From NCBI GenBank assembly GCA_963514005.1, contig OY740807.1, forward strand, positions 17,546,001 through 17,610,000: a stretch of DNA of 64,000 bases. The letters are read 5' to 3'. Under the pieces are notes generated by a model. It saw only the letters and a list, made by a program, of their open reading frames with translations, had not been told where the DNA came from and searched no databases. Made by a program: the position numbers and the translations under genes. Shown piece after piece: positions 24,601 to 37,100 of this stretch; within the stretch, counting starts at the first letter, position 1, and every line of letters begins with the position of its first letter. Source of the DNA: Raja brachyura. Lineage: Eukaryota.

Positions 24601-25488
24601 AGCCCACTGCTTGCCATTGACACGGTGAGCCGAATGGTCTGTTTCCATTAACTCGATAACAACCCCATTGACATGCCAGCTGGCAAGGAGAGGATCAGGG
24701 ACAAACACCTCACACGCGTTAGAGTTGGGACATACGGCTTGACACAAACACACCAGCTGATCTGAAAAAGATTTTCTGCAAGCACTATCCTAATGCATTG
24801 TTGGTGTAAACACGACAGAGGAGCAAGAGTGGTGCGTGTGTAGCAGAGGGTGTAACCAGTGACTGCAAACAGACAGCTGAAATCTCTCTGGAATGTGAAG
24901 TGGATTCGTCCAGCCAGAGACCTGATCTGCCAACAAGTCTTTAGCTAAAGAACAGAGTGTTCTGCACAACAGGAAGTGTGAGAGTCATTCCAAACCTCAA
25001 GCCCACCGGGATACGAGTCAACACCCCAGGACTGGCTCCTCGCTCACTTTTCCAACATGTGCCAATGCTGGGTAGACTAGAGATTATACACACACACGCA
25101 CACACACACAGCAGGCTCCTGCAGGAACATTCATAACCAATATCGCATCCCAACCAACACTACGCCCTGTCACTCAGCACCATAAACACATTCCTCGGGA
25201 GACGTCCGATAATGTAAGGCACCAGCTCCACACACATCCCTATACAAAATATAGACATGTCCCCCTCCCAGAGCCAGTATGTTGGGCTGCCCGCCCAGAC
25301 TTGGTGGTGCTGAGGCACAGGGCATCAGACAACTGGGGCTCGACAGCCTGGCTCTGTGCCCGTGGCCGGAGGCAGGTGGTGCAGTTGGATCATCACCTGC
25401 AACACTGTCCAGCACCAGGCACCAGTGTTGGGCACAACCTCGAGCACAGCTGCACCCACCCCTCCCCGTCTGTTCAGGGTGAGGGTCA

Positions 25489-26318
25489 CTAACTGTACAG
25501 ACATTGTTTGTTCAGGGTCGGGGAGGGAGCTTCCCTCCGTGGCAGCAACCTCGCTGCTTTTGTTCCTGTTGTAATGGATGAGCGGGGGCAAATGTCGTGA
25601 AGGTGTAGCATCGCCACAGCAGAGCGTGTCCCTGAGCGATCAATACCTGGTGTGAACCAGCAGCAGCAGCAGCACCTACAGTGAGCCGTCTGCTCCCCGC
25701 CTCCGTCTCGACATCACCTCTTGTCACATCTGCCAACCGGTTCCCATTGTCCCGCCTGAGATTAAACACTCTGCTTCCTCGTCTCACTCACCGCCCTGAC
25801 CTGCATCGGCTGGTCCCCGAGGCAATGCCAACACATTAACCCCCCCCCCCCCCCCCTCCACCCTCTGACGGTCCCACTGACCTCCGGCACCAGAGCCGCT
25901 GTTTCAGCTGCCCCTGCCCGCGGACTCCACGCCAGGTGCGGCCTTCCCGGGGCTGGGCGAACCGAGGCCGCCGCTCCCTGCAATCCTTCCCCTCGCCGGG
26001 GCCGTTGCTCTGCCCACACCACAGCCTCGCCGTAGGATCTGGCTGATCAAACGCTGGGGTCCACACCGCCCCGCCCTAAGTAAAGATACCTCGCCGGCTG
26101 TACACCATCTTTGGTGCCTAGTAGAGGACGTGAAAGTGGAGAGAATCCTCCACGTCCCACTCCTACCGCCCTCACCACCCCCCCCCCCCCCCCCGAGCCC
26201 CCCCCCCCCCCCCCCCCCCACACACACACAACCACTCCCCACCGAGTGAATCACCCGCCTGAAACACGCTGGCGTCCGAACCAGGCTGGGGCCCTTTGAA
26301 ACCCAGCTCGCAATACAT
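25489..26318 (-). CDS. Speculative small spliced ORF (26318-26255, 26117-26090, 25675-25489; 92 aa, MYCELGFKGPQPGSDASVFQAGTKDGVQPARCCCCCWFTP...)
   Basis: Consistently oriented GT/AG sites with compatible phases, short G-run introns and an in-frame upstream stop. No recognised homologue, and the last acceptor is weak. Confidence 0.25.
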
Positions 26319-26379
26319 CGCATCGATTCAGCCCATCCACAACACATCGCGCCAGTGATGCCTAAACACTACGAGAGTA

Positions 26380-26670
26380 AAAACAGAGGTAGATAGAGAG
26401 AGATAATAAGATAAAGGGAGAGACAGACAGACACATAGAGAGAGAGGGGTAGAGAGAGAGAAAGGGAGAGAGATAGGGAAAGGCAGAGAGAAACAAACAG
26501 AGAGAGAGGGGCAGAGAGGCAGACAAACAGAGAGCGAAGGAGTGAAGACAGAAAGACCGGGAGAGATGGAGAGAGAGATGGAGCATGAGAGAGAGGGGGA
26601 AAGACAGAGAGCCAGACAGACAGAGATGACTGACTGGCAAGAAGAGGGCGAGACTGTTTGGGAAGTGGAG
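26380..26670 (+). repeat. (AG)n/(AGAC)n purine-rich simple repeat
   Basis: Directly visible. Reads as a long polypyrimidine tract on the minus strand ahead of the acceptor at 26361. Confidence 0.9.
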
Positions 26671-26682
26671 ACAAAAACCTAC

Positions 26683-26753
26683 CGAGATCCTGCTCCGGGC
26701 CAGCCGCACTCTCACAGGCGAGAGTCTCTTTATTTTAAGCCGCTATAAATAGC
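26683..26753 (-). promoter_or_regulatory. MEF2 site / TATA-like promoter with short non-coding first exon
   Basis: Perfect MEF2 consensus CTATAAATAG (26743-52), A/T box at 26729-38 and donor CG|GTAGGT at 26683/2. Confidence 0.45.
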
Positions 26754-26909
26754 TGGGCTGTGGCTGAGAGAGAGAAGGGTTCCCGCCCACACGCTCCGGG
26801 CTCCCGTTCGCTCATCCTCCGGACACCGAACGGGAGGCGACGCCGCGGAGCTGCACCGTCGATTTGTTTGAGTCAAAATCTGGGTACCGCCGAATTAAAT
26901 TAGATCACA

Positions 26910-27062
26910 TTCAGGAGGCCGTTCAGCCCTTCGCACCGGGACAGCAAGAGGCCGTTCAGCCCTTTCACCCTGTTACACAGGGACAGCAGGAGGCCGTTCA
27001 GCCCTTTCATCCTGTTACACAGGGACAGCAGGAGGCCGTTCAGCCCCTTCATCCTGTTACAC
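26910..27062 (+). repeat. 42-bp tandem repeat (acagggacagcaggaggccgttcagccctttcatcctgttac)
   Basis: About 3.5 copies. A further unit at ~27395-27430, beyond a CR1 3' end inserted at 27098-27395. Confidence 0.85.
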
Positions 27063-27829
27063 GTGGACAGTTGACGTGGATAAGCTTTTTCCTTTGAGAG
27101 TAGGGAACAAAAGGGCATGATTTGAGAATGAAGGGACAAAAGATTAGGGGTAACATGAGGGGGAACTTCTTTACTCAGAGAGTGGTAGCTGTGTGGAATG
27201 AGCTTCCAGTGGAAGTGGTGGAGGCAGGTTCGATTTTATCATTTAAAAATAAATTGGATAGGTATATGGACGGAAAGGAATGGAGGGGTATGGTCTGAGT
27301 GCAGGTAGATGGGACTAGGTGAGAGTAAGTGTTCGGCACGGACGAGAAGGGCCGAGATGGCCTGTTTCCGTGCTGTAATTGTTATATGGTTATATACAGA
27401 GACAGCAGGAGGCCGTTCAGCCCTTCCACCGTGGTAAACGGTATACAGCAGATAGACAGAAAATGCTGGAGTATCACAACGACAGGCAGCATCTCTGGAG
27501 AGAAGGAATGGGTGACGTTTGGAGTCGAGACCCTACTTCACAGTTACTCCAGCATTTAGTGTCTATCTTCGGTTTAAATCAACATCTGCAGTTCCTTCCT
27601 AAACGAGGCCGCTCGCCCCCTGGAGACCGTGCGGAGAGCTAACTGAGTGTTGCCGATGATGCGCCGGCGCCGGTCTCCCCCGCACAGCAGCTGCCGTTTG
27701 GAGCTCGGGTGGGGAAGGAGTGGGAGCTTGGGTACCCATCTTAGGACAGACCCCGGTACCCGACCCCACCGGGCTGGCAATCCGCGGGCCGTTACACCAG
27801 CTGCCTGGGATTCACTCGGGGTGAGGGAC

Positions 27830-28013
27830 ATCTGGCCGGGTTTGAGGGAACATTTGGTCGGGTTTAGGGTATATCCCGCCGGGTTTGAGGGAACACCTGG
27901 CCGGGTTGAGGGAACACCTGGCCGGGTTGAGGGAACACCTGGCCGGGTTGAGGGAACACCTGGCCGGGTTTGAGGGAACACCTGGCCGGGTTGAAGGAAC
28001 ATCTGGCCGGGTT
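27830..28013 (+). repeat. 21-22-bp minisatellite (tgagggaacacctggccgggt)
   Basis: About 8 tandem units. Confidence 0.9.
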
Positions 28014-28326
28014 TGATGCATTGAGACGAGGGAACGTGATGCCATTTTGGTCAAAGTCAAATCACCCTCCGACTGGCCTGGGTTTATATGGGGTTGGGTC
28101 CGAGCTCGGGTTCCGGTGTGCGGTTCAGACCAGCGAGCGAAGTCGTGACTGAGGCCCGAATCGAGAGCCTGCTTTGGTTTGTGCGCGGCGCGGGTTCGGA
28201 AGCTGGTTACTGGGTGAAGAGGGAAGCAGAGAGCCACCGACCTACCGGGCCAGGTCCGGGCCATCGACCTACCTCACCAAAGCCGGTTCACCTGGTAAAA
28301 GGCCAGTCCGCTTCACGTAACCCCGG

Positions 28327-28440
28327 ATAGACACAACAAAGCTGGAGTAACTCAGCGGGACAGGCAGCATCTCTGGAGAGAAGGAATGGGTGACGTTTCG
28401 GGTCGAGACCCTTCTTCAGACTTCAGACCCTTCTTTAGTC
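28327..28440 (-). mobile_element. Short Penelope-derived element with intact minimal hammerhead core
   Basis: Minus strand gtCTGAAGAagggtctcgacccGAAAcGTCacccattcc. Confidence 0.75.
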
Positions 28441-29254
28441 AAACATTGGTTAGTTAGGGGGCTCGCGGGTGTAGTTAGTCCCTGGCTAATTGGAGTAATT
28501 AATCCCTGGTCAGTTGTAGAGTGGTGGGATATAGTTAGCCCCTGGTTAGCTCGGGAGCACTCGGGTGCAGTCGTCGCTGGCTCGATTGGGTATGATCGGT
28601 TTGAAGGTGGGAATCAAACACTGGTTTATTTATTCCCGGAATTGTATTAACTGCAGAACATTCTGAAAACATTCATAAGCATCTGTGGAGAGAGCAGTTT
28701 TCGTTGAAGACTTTGAATCGGAACGGGAATATTTCTCTCCCCACAGGCGCTGCCCGGCCGGTTGAGAATTTATGGCAGTTAGTTTCTATTTCAGATTTCC
28801 AGCAGTTATTTTTGCCCCGTGCTCCCTGTGATTGGTTCTTTAAAATGCGTTGTGAATGAGGAGTCTGGGTTGAGATCATGTTGGGTTGTTCGGCTGGGGG
28901 AAGACGTCAGGCTCAGCTGCAGATGCCTTTGTTTGTTGACGCTGTGAGCCGCCCCTCCCGGCCCGGCTCCGGGAACAACTGACAGTGAGTCAGAGGGAAC
29001 ACAGCCCAGAGGCATAATTCGCAGATGGAGGGTGTGGGGAGGAGGCCCAGGCAGTGAGGCAGGAGAGGGCTCTGCAGCTGAGAGGGCCCAAAATTAGGTG
29101 TTCCATACCAAGACATCCGAGATGTTCCTCGTTCCACATGGGACGACGCCTTCACAGGTGCCTTCTCGGTACCCCGCAGTTCCGCTTTTGGTCTCCCTCC
29201 TCCTAGTCGCAACTGGGTGGTTCTTACTTTTCAACTTTTACAGGTTAGGCAGAT

Positions 29255-29812
29255 GTTCATTTGCATTTCCTCCAACCTCATCCACTGTATCAGTTGTTCA
29301 ACGTGTGGACTCTTATACATCTGCTAGAGACCAAAAGTAGGCGAGGCGATCATTTCGCTGAACACCTTAGCTCAGTCTGCCTGAGCCTACCTTCCCATTC
29401 CCACACTGACGTTTCTGTCCTGGGCCTCCTCAATTGTCAGAGTGAGGCCAAACGCAAATTGGGGGAACAACACCTCATATTTCGTTTGGGCGGCTTACAA
29501 CATAACGGTATGAATTGGGATTTCTCTAACTTCAGGTAACCCATGTATCCGTCTCTCCTTCCCTCCCCCACCCAAGTCGCTGTAATAGCGCCAATTCTTA
29601 TTGAGTTTTCACATAAGCCACAGCCATTCATTTTATCATCGTTACTTTTGTGCATATCTTTAATTCATTTGCTCTACATCTCTGTATATCACTGTCTCAC
29701 TTCCCTGTGCCCCAAGTCAGTCTGAAAAAGCGTTGCAACCCAAAACGTCACCCATTCCCTTTGTTTAGATATGCTATCTGACCCGCTGAGTTACCCCAGC
29801 TTTGCGTCTATC
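29255..29812 (+). mobile_element. Penelope-like element 3' part (GIY-YIG endonuclease plus terminal repeat)
   Basis: CSTCGLLYI..ETKSRRGDHFAEHL...RKLGEQHLIFRLG...NGMN is the Penelope GIY-YIG region. Followed by a degenerate hammerhead-bearing terminal unit (29720-29812). Confidence 0.85.
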
Positions 29813-29921
29813 TAAGGTTTTGATGGATATGGGCCAAATGCGAGCAAATGGGACTAAATAGGTGGGGCATCTTGGCCGGCATGGATGCGTTGGGCAGAAG
29901 GGCTGGTTTCAGTGCTGTATG

Positions 29922-30020
29922 ACTGAAGTCTGAAGAAGGGTCTCGACCCGAAACGTCGCCTATCTCCTTCGCTCCTTAGATGCTGCTGCACCCGCTAAGT
30001 TTCTCCAGCCTTTTGTGTAC
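29922..30020 (+). mobile_element. Short Penelope-derived element with intact minimal hammerhead core
   Basis: CTGAAGAagggtctcgacccGAAAcGTC at 29930-29957. Confidence 0.75.
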
Positions 30021-30793
30021 CAAGATCCAAAGCATTGTCGCTCATCTGTGAAACATGGTGGTGGGGGTGTTATGGCCTGGGCATGTATGGCTGCTGAATG
30101 TACTGCCTCACTTATCTTCATTGATGATACAACTGCTGATGGTAGTAGCGTAGTGCATTCTGAAGTGTATAGACACATCCTATCTGCTCAAGTTCAAACA
30201 AATGCCTAAAAACTCATTGGCTGGTGGTTCATTCTACAGCAAGACAATGATCCCAGACATACTGCTAAAGCAACAAGGGAGTTTTTCAAAGCTAAAAATG
30301 TCAATTCTTGAGTGGTCGTCATTCATCCGATCTGATCCCAATTGAGCATGTTTTTTTATATGCTGCAGAGAAAACTAAAGGGGACGCCACCAAAACAAGC
30401 ATAAACTAAAGATGGCTGCAATACAGGCCTGGCAGAGCTTCACCAGAGAGGACACCCAGCAACTGGTGATGTTCATAAATCGCAGACTTCAAGAAGTCAT
30501 TGCTTGCAAAGGATATGCAACACAATACTAAACCTGACTAATTTCATTTACATGACATTGCTGTGTCCCATACATTATGTTGCCCTTAAGTGGTGGTGGT
30601 GAGGACTATGTATAAACACTGCTGTCATTTCTACATGGTAGAAATGTATAGAAATTGCCTTTTACTAAAGTCTGACAATGTGCACTTTTACCACATGTAA
30701 TTTTTTTTTCTATTACAAATCACAAATTGTGGAGTACAGAGGCAAATAAATAAATGAGGGGTCTTTGTCCCAAACATTATGGAGGGCACTGTA
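30021..30793 (+). mobile_element. Tc1/mariner DNA transposon, 3' half (inactive)
   Basis: SVKHGGGGVMAWACM ... LQQDNDPRHT ... PIEH catalytic-domain motifs with stops. Right TIR ...cccaaacattatggagggcactg followed by TA (30792-93). Confidence 0.9.
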
Positions 30794-33700
30794 GGTGCAG
30801 TGTTAGTAAGATCCTACATAATCGATGCAAGACATCTCTACTCATGTACTCCAAACCTCTCTAAATGTATCCTTTGCCTTCATCGCTTGCAGAAAATACT
30901 CAGAAAATAAGGGAGCACATGTGGGAAAAATACACTCCCCATTGTAGGTCTGACACTTCGTCCAGTTCTGAAGAAGGGGCAAAGCCTGGAATTTTGTTTG
31001 ACTATTTCCCCGAGGGGACTTTATTGAAAAGCTTTCTAAAAATCCAATACACCTGGTTCCTCCTCAACTATTCTAGCAATCACATCCTCAAAGACTTCCA
31101 GTGGAAAGGTCAAGCATAATTTCAATGTCATCAAACCATGTTGACTCTGTTCAAACCTATTTTTCTTTGCAGTGTCCCACCCATTATAGAGTTCAGCATT
31201 TTCTCCACCTCTGCCATTATGAAATAGGTTGGTCATTCCCTGCATCTCTTCTTCCTTTCTTACAGTGGGACCACATTTGCTGCCTTCCAATCCACAAGAA
31301 CAATCAGGGCGCTGGATTGCCAATAACCAATTGTCCATCAATGTTGCAGCCACCTCCCTCAGCCTCAGTTTCACGAGAAACATTTTAAAAATATTACATT
31401 TTCTTCAGTTGCTGAATCCCACTCAACCCTTCATGTTTCGGCATTTTTGGCTGGTTTGCAGTAAGTACCTGCCCAGGTAAGCTCACAGCTTTCTGGGCAG
31501 TAACGGGTCCAACAGTGCTAACCTCAGTCCACCCCCACTCCAGGATCCGCAGTGTAATCCAGAGTGACACTCCCATGCCCAGGTAGAGCATCATCTGGGC
31601 CCTGCGTTCTGAAAGAACCTCTCATTAGAGGACATAAGGGATCCTACAGCACTAACAGAAAGTGAAAAACGATACCCATCCTGGCCAATATTTATCGAGT
31701 TACAACATTTAATATACTTATGGAATTGTAGAGTTGTACAGCACAGACACAGGCCCCTCGGCCCACCAGTTCTATGACTGTTGTTTGCAGAATCGTGTGT
31801 ACATACTGACTGAAAGATATCCTTATTTTATAGGATTGGCTGCCCGACAGTCTTTGACCGTGGAAGGCTTCACAGGTCTCCCAGATATGTGAGCAGGATT
31901 CTCTTAAGGACAGGACCTTCACACTTACTGGAAACCATTGTGCCCACAGACATGGCGCTGACCAGATACATGGTGGGTGTTCAGGTGTTGTGCAGACAGG
32001 GCAAGCTGTGGGCCAGCAGTCACTGGTGCAGCTTGCTCTACCACTGGCGGAGGGAAGGAAAGAATGCCCTGCGTGGGATCATTGTCTAGGCACCAGGCGG
32101 CCTCTGCCCCATAGCTCTGAAATGTCCCATCTTGTCCCACAAGCCTACATGTTGGAGTTGTCGTCTGTCAGCCACCGGAACCACAGGGCATAAACCTGCA
32201 GACTGGGATGGAGGATGGTATGGGGTTAAGTATAGACAGACTGAAATACTGTGGAACAAACCTCGCCCTGCACCATCTGGGAATGATTTTAAAGCAGATT
32301 AATAACAGACAGTCAGTGCAAGAGTTGGGAGCCACATTCTGCATGTCCTGCTAATTGGCTCATTGTAAGGACAGGGCTAAATTCCAGTTCCACAGTCGCT
32401 GAAGGGGAAGGCAGCACATTCCCCAGTGCTGGTCTCCTGCCAGGATTGGCAGAGCACATACCTGCCATTCCCAGCAGAAAATTATTTATCCCAGCAAAAT
32501 CCTACAACCTCCCCACAACCACTGGTCACTGAGTGACACAGCCCTCTGCTGGCATCTGTGGGCATCACAGGACAGGGACAGCACATCCATTGGAGCATCC
32601 TAACAGGCACTGCATACCATAGGAAGCATGTACATGGGTCGGGGGATCAGCTCGATGGGCTGAACGGCCTTGCCTCTGTTGGTAATAAAACTATTTTTAG
32701 GATTCCCCTCATTAAATGCCTTCCCAGTTAATATTTAAAGGGAAGCAGGAAGCACAACGGAGAAAGCAGTATTTTCAGTTAAGGGATGGGAAGGGCAGCT
32801 GAATCAATCGTCTGTCCAACAGCTGCTCAGGGACTTCAGCCATCCCCACCACCCACTGTGTCAGACATGCTCCTTTGCTCCTTAAGCTAATCGTGTGCAT
32901 TTGGCTCAAGTCTGAGAAAGCAGGAATCAGACCTGGCCATACTGACAGGCCTCTGTTGATCTACCGACAGTGGACCCAGCCAGGGCAGCACCCGCCGTGG
33001 AGCAGAAACCAAATGGCATTGTGGCCAAGAGTGGCAACAGCATACATACCAACACCCTGCCATCTTGAGGCAAGGCCAGCCAAGGAGTTGGTGATATAGC
33101 CCGTAGCCATGGGCTGCACCCATGCCACTTACCTCCAATTGTCCCTCTCCAGACACCAGCTGGCTGACACACATTAAATACCAAAGATAGCTGGAGTAAC
33201 TCAGTGGGTCATGCAGCATCTCCGGAGAAAAAGGATGAGTGATGTTTCAGGTCGGAATTCTTCTTCAGACTGGAAGTGGGGAGGTGGGGGGGAAGGGGAG
33301 CACTGGAGGCAGGAATAGGCCAGAACAAACCAGGGCCGGCAACATTCATCCTGTGAGCACAGAGTATCAGCCACGGATTATCTGGAAATTCAGCCACCAT
33401 GTGTAGGGTGATGACAAGGACTCAGTGGCTTAGGTAAAATAATAGAGACACAGGAGACAGAAGATGCTGGAAATTCACCTTTGCTGCAGGCGGTGTTTCA
33501 ATGTCTCCAGTGGGGACACTTTCAGCAGGTGAGACACCAATCAGACTGGGTCAGCTGGCTGGGGTCTGGCCACTGAGAGCTGCACTGCTCGTGGACACCT
33601 TATGCTGCTTCTTTCAAATATGCATGGGTCGGGTTGGGAGGGAAAGGGGTTGGATAGTTACTTGAAAGGAAGATCGATGAGCAGAGAAACCCAACTCCAT

Positions 33701-34012
33701 TCCACCTTCCAAGGCTGACTACATCTGAATATGTGCAGCAAAGAATTTGCAGCTCCCATTCCACCTTTCCTTCATCCCAATCGCTCCCTGCCCTAACCCC
33801 CTACAACCCATAATTTCCTCCTCCAATAATACATCAGTCCCAGAGTCCAATTTCAAAGGAGCTTTACAACAATGTGATCAGGTTTTACACAGCAAACCCA
33901 GGACGTTTGCAACAGGCTGACTCGAAGACTTTCTCCTTTGCTTCTCCCGATTCCCCTCAGTTCCAGGCAGCAGCAGCAGCCCCTGCGAGGTCAGGGTCCA
34001 GCAAATGGCCAT

Positions 34013-34127
34013 CTACCAGCTGTAGCCAGCAGGGGGAGCCTTGTCATCCTTATTGCTCTCCAGGGAGAAGGGTGGGATCCGCACATCGAGCTGTGAACCC
34101 TCGGGTCTCTCAAAGCGAAACGTCCCC
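34013..34127 (-). CDS. POLDIP2: POLDIP2 exon 11 (canonical terminal exon)
   Basis: ctacag|G GTFRFERPEGSQLDVRIPPFSLESNKDDKAPPAGYSW*. Confidence 0.95.
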
Positions 34128-37100
34128 CTGTAGACAGGATGAAAGGAGCAGATTAAATGATACAACTCTACTGCGCCTGAGGCCGTAGTCCCTGGCACAG
34201 CAACCAGGGTCTGAGTTCTCCACTCAGATAGGTTGTGTCAGCTCTCCCAGTCACCCAGGTGGTTCCCCGAGGGGCAGCCTTTACTGATGCGCCCTATCAT
34301 CGTGTAATATGTACTCCACAGGCTGCATCTTCAGGTTCCTTCTCTTGGGCCACAAGCACTTGTTGCCCCACTTCTTGCTCAGTCAATGCTGGAAACCTGT
34401 TCCAGTTCCTATTCACTCTTGTATCTCTCCACACACGATACCCAATCTCCTAAGTATCTCCAGCGTTTGCATTGTTTTGCTTTGATTCATGAACGACTGA
34501 AGTCCAGTCAGGGGCGAGACGTTTATGGGTGAAGAGGTCCAACGCTGCAGGAAATGCAACTGGTTCCTCTTCTTCCACTGGGCCCTGCCACCATGTGCTA
34601 GGCTTTCCGTGGGGGTAGAAGATTTCACACTGGGATACCATATGCTAACATTGAATAAGGGGGGAAACAGATAATCCAATCAAAAATGTTTATTTAAACT
34701 AGTCAATAAACATCAGGAGCAGGAGCACAGATATAGGCACAGCAAATAATGAAGCAAATTTCACTCAGGTGTTCTTGGGTAGGTTTTTATACAGTGATTG
34801 CTGGTAACTGTGTGGCCTCACAACAACTGGCCTTCCCAAAATGCTGAAGAGCGCCACTCCTGACATAACCTGGGTCCAGAACTGTCCAAAGCCCAACTGG
34901 TTGCTAAACCCTGGCACCAAGTACCCATCTGGCAGATCATCTCTGGATACTCTGCAGTAATAAGCAGAGTATCCAATGGCTCTGTAGCTCATCAAGGCAA
35001 CAGGAGCAATCACCAGGGTTGGATACGAATCAGCACGGACGTTCAGACACAAGTAATGCCCCGTCCCAGGGTATTCAATAATTCCATACTGCCAGTAAAC
35101 AGTGGCAGAACAAATTCCAGCCACTGCTTTAATCAAACATTTCTGTGCTTGTTAATCCACCTGACTTGTACCTATCGCTTTCTGGTGTAGAGACAAGCCC
35201 AATATTGCCCCCAGTGCTACATAGGGAGACATGTACCAATCAAATTTAGACAGTAACAAACCAGCATCTACCACTACTGGACCCAGACTAAACAGAAAAT
35301 AGCCTAATGTTACTCAGTGACAGAAGTCCCCACAAGTACTGTACCCCAGTGTTATACAGTGACAGACATGTCTCCACCAATACTGCACCCCAGTGTTATA
35401 CAGTGACAGAAGTCTCCACCAATACTGTACTCCTGTGTTATAAGTGACAGATGTCCTCACCAGTTCTGTACCCGTGTTATAGTGAGAGCCGTCCCTATCA
35501 ATACCGTACCCCAGTACTTAACATAAAATGTTGCCATAGCAACAAGTTTGAAAAACAGAATATGGAACTGTTTTGTAGCATTGGCATAGGTCATCCATAC
35601 CATTACACATATTGGGCTCCCAAGTACCAGGGGTACACTATTGTCCTGTCTCCAGTGAAGTTTGATTCTTATATAACTTCACAATACAGTACAGCGGACC
35701 TCATAAAAGCAAGTAGAACAGAGAAAGCACACAGCACTGTTTCTCCAAAAAGGTGCTCCTGGACTACAGGACAATTAGCAAGAAGCCAATCCTGCTCCTA
35801 ATTAATATGTTATTAATTAACCCCAACTCAACACCAGCAACCATTTACCCTGCCACCACTCACCTCATCATCTCCATCCAAATCTACCTGCCTCAACTCA
35901 CCTCATCCATCTCCATCCAAATCTAACCCCCAACAGAAGCCTGAGTGAGTGCGCATATTATGGTGGAACTGGCCACATGTCCCTGTGCAGAGGCTGGTGA
36001 TGTGCCACATCTTTGTCCAGGCAGCACGACCCCTGGAGTTGGGTCCACTGGTGCTCTGGTTCGAGGAAAGATCCTGAGTGCAGACTGTGTTTAGTTACTC
36101 CATCATTTGCTGGAGGCAAATACTCAGACCGGGGAGGAGAAGGGCCCGCCGTCCTCACTACTGCTCTCGAGAGAAAAGGATGGGATGGAAACATCAAAGG
36201 TGCTGCTGTCTGGCCTTCGGAAAGTGAACGAGCCCCTGTGGAAGGTGCAAACAGTAATAAGCAGCAGCAATCTGTCCATCTGCTTTAGCACAGCTCCACA
36301 ACACACTAAAAACCCCAAACAACCCTGCCCCTCCTAACACTTCTTCACATTTCTTGTACAAGGTAACCTCTATAGCCATTTACCCCATCTCCCGAACCAA
36401 TCCCGTTTAACACAGGACATTAATCATATCAACACCCCCTTATTTACTGAGAATTCACCCATGTCTGTCATAAATATATACAAACTCTGTTTTCATAAAC
36501 CTTTGCGGTAGAAAGTTGCCGAGTCACAACCTTTTAAGAGAAAAAATCTCCTTGCTTTTTAACAGAAGCCTCCAGTTCTATATTTCTCAACAAAGGGAAA
36601 TATTTTTTTTACCACATCCATCCTGTTAGATCCTCTGAAGATCTTTTATTTTTCCGTCAAATTGTTTCACATTTCCAAATTCCAGGAAATACAAGTCCAA
36701 CCTCTCCAACTATTCCTCGTTGCGTAACCAGCCTATTTCTGCACCAGTCCAGCAAAATTTATCGGAACTGCTTTCAACTCATTAATATCCTTCCTTAAAT
36801 AAGGTTGGTACTGTGCACAATATTCCAAGTGGTCTCAACAACATCTATTTAACTGCACATAACACCTCCACTTATGTAAACAATCCCCAAAGCAATTAAC
36901 AATAACATTGTTAGTTTACAGGGTTATTTGCCAAACCCCATTAATCCTTTAGCTTTAAAGAAGGAACTGCAGATGCTGGAGAATCGAGGGTTACACAAAA
37001 AGCTGGAGGAGATAGGCGACGTTTCGGGTCGAGACCCTTCTTCAGACTGAAGAAGGGTCTCGACCCGAAACGTCGCCTATCTCCTTCGCTCCTTAGATGC

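Noticed and set aside
26318-26345. In-frame TGA upstream of MYCELG as a possible selenocysteine codon
   Set aside because: No redox motif or recognisable SECIS. Simpler as a 5'UTR stop.
25904-26347. 147-aa Gly-rich ORF (MCCGWAES...)
   Set aside because: Reads through poly-G runs that look intronic. No homology recognised.
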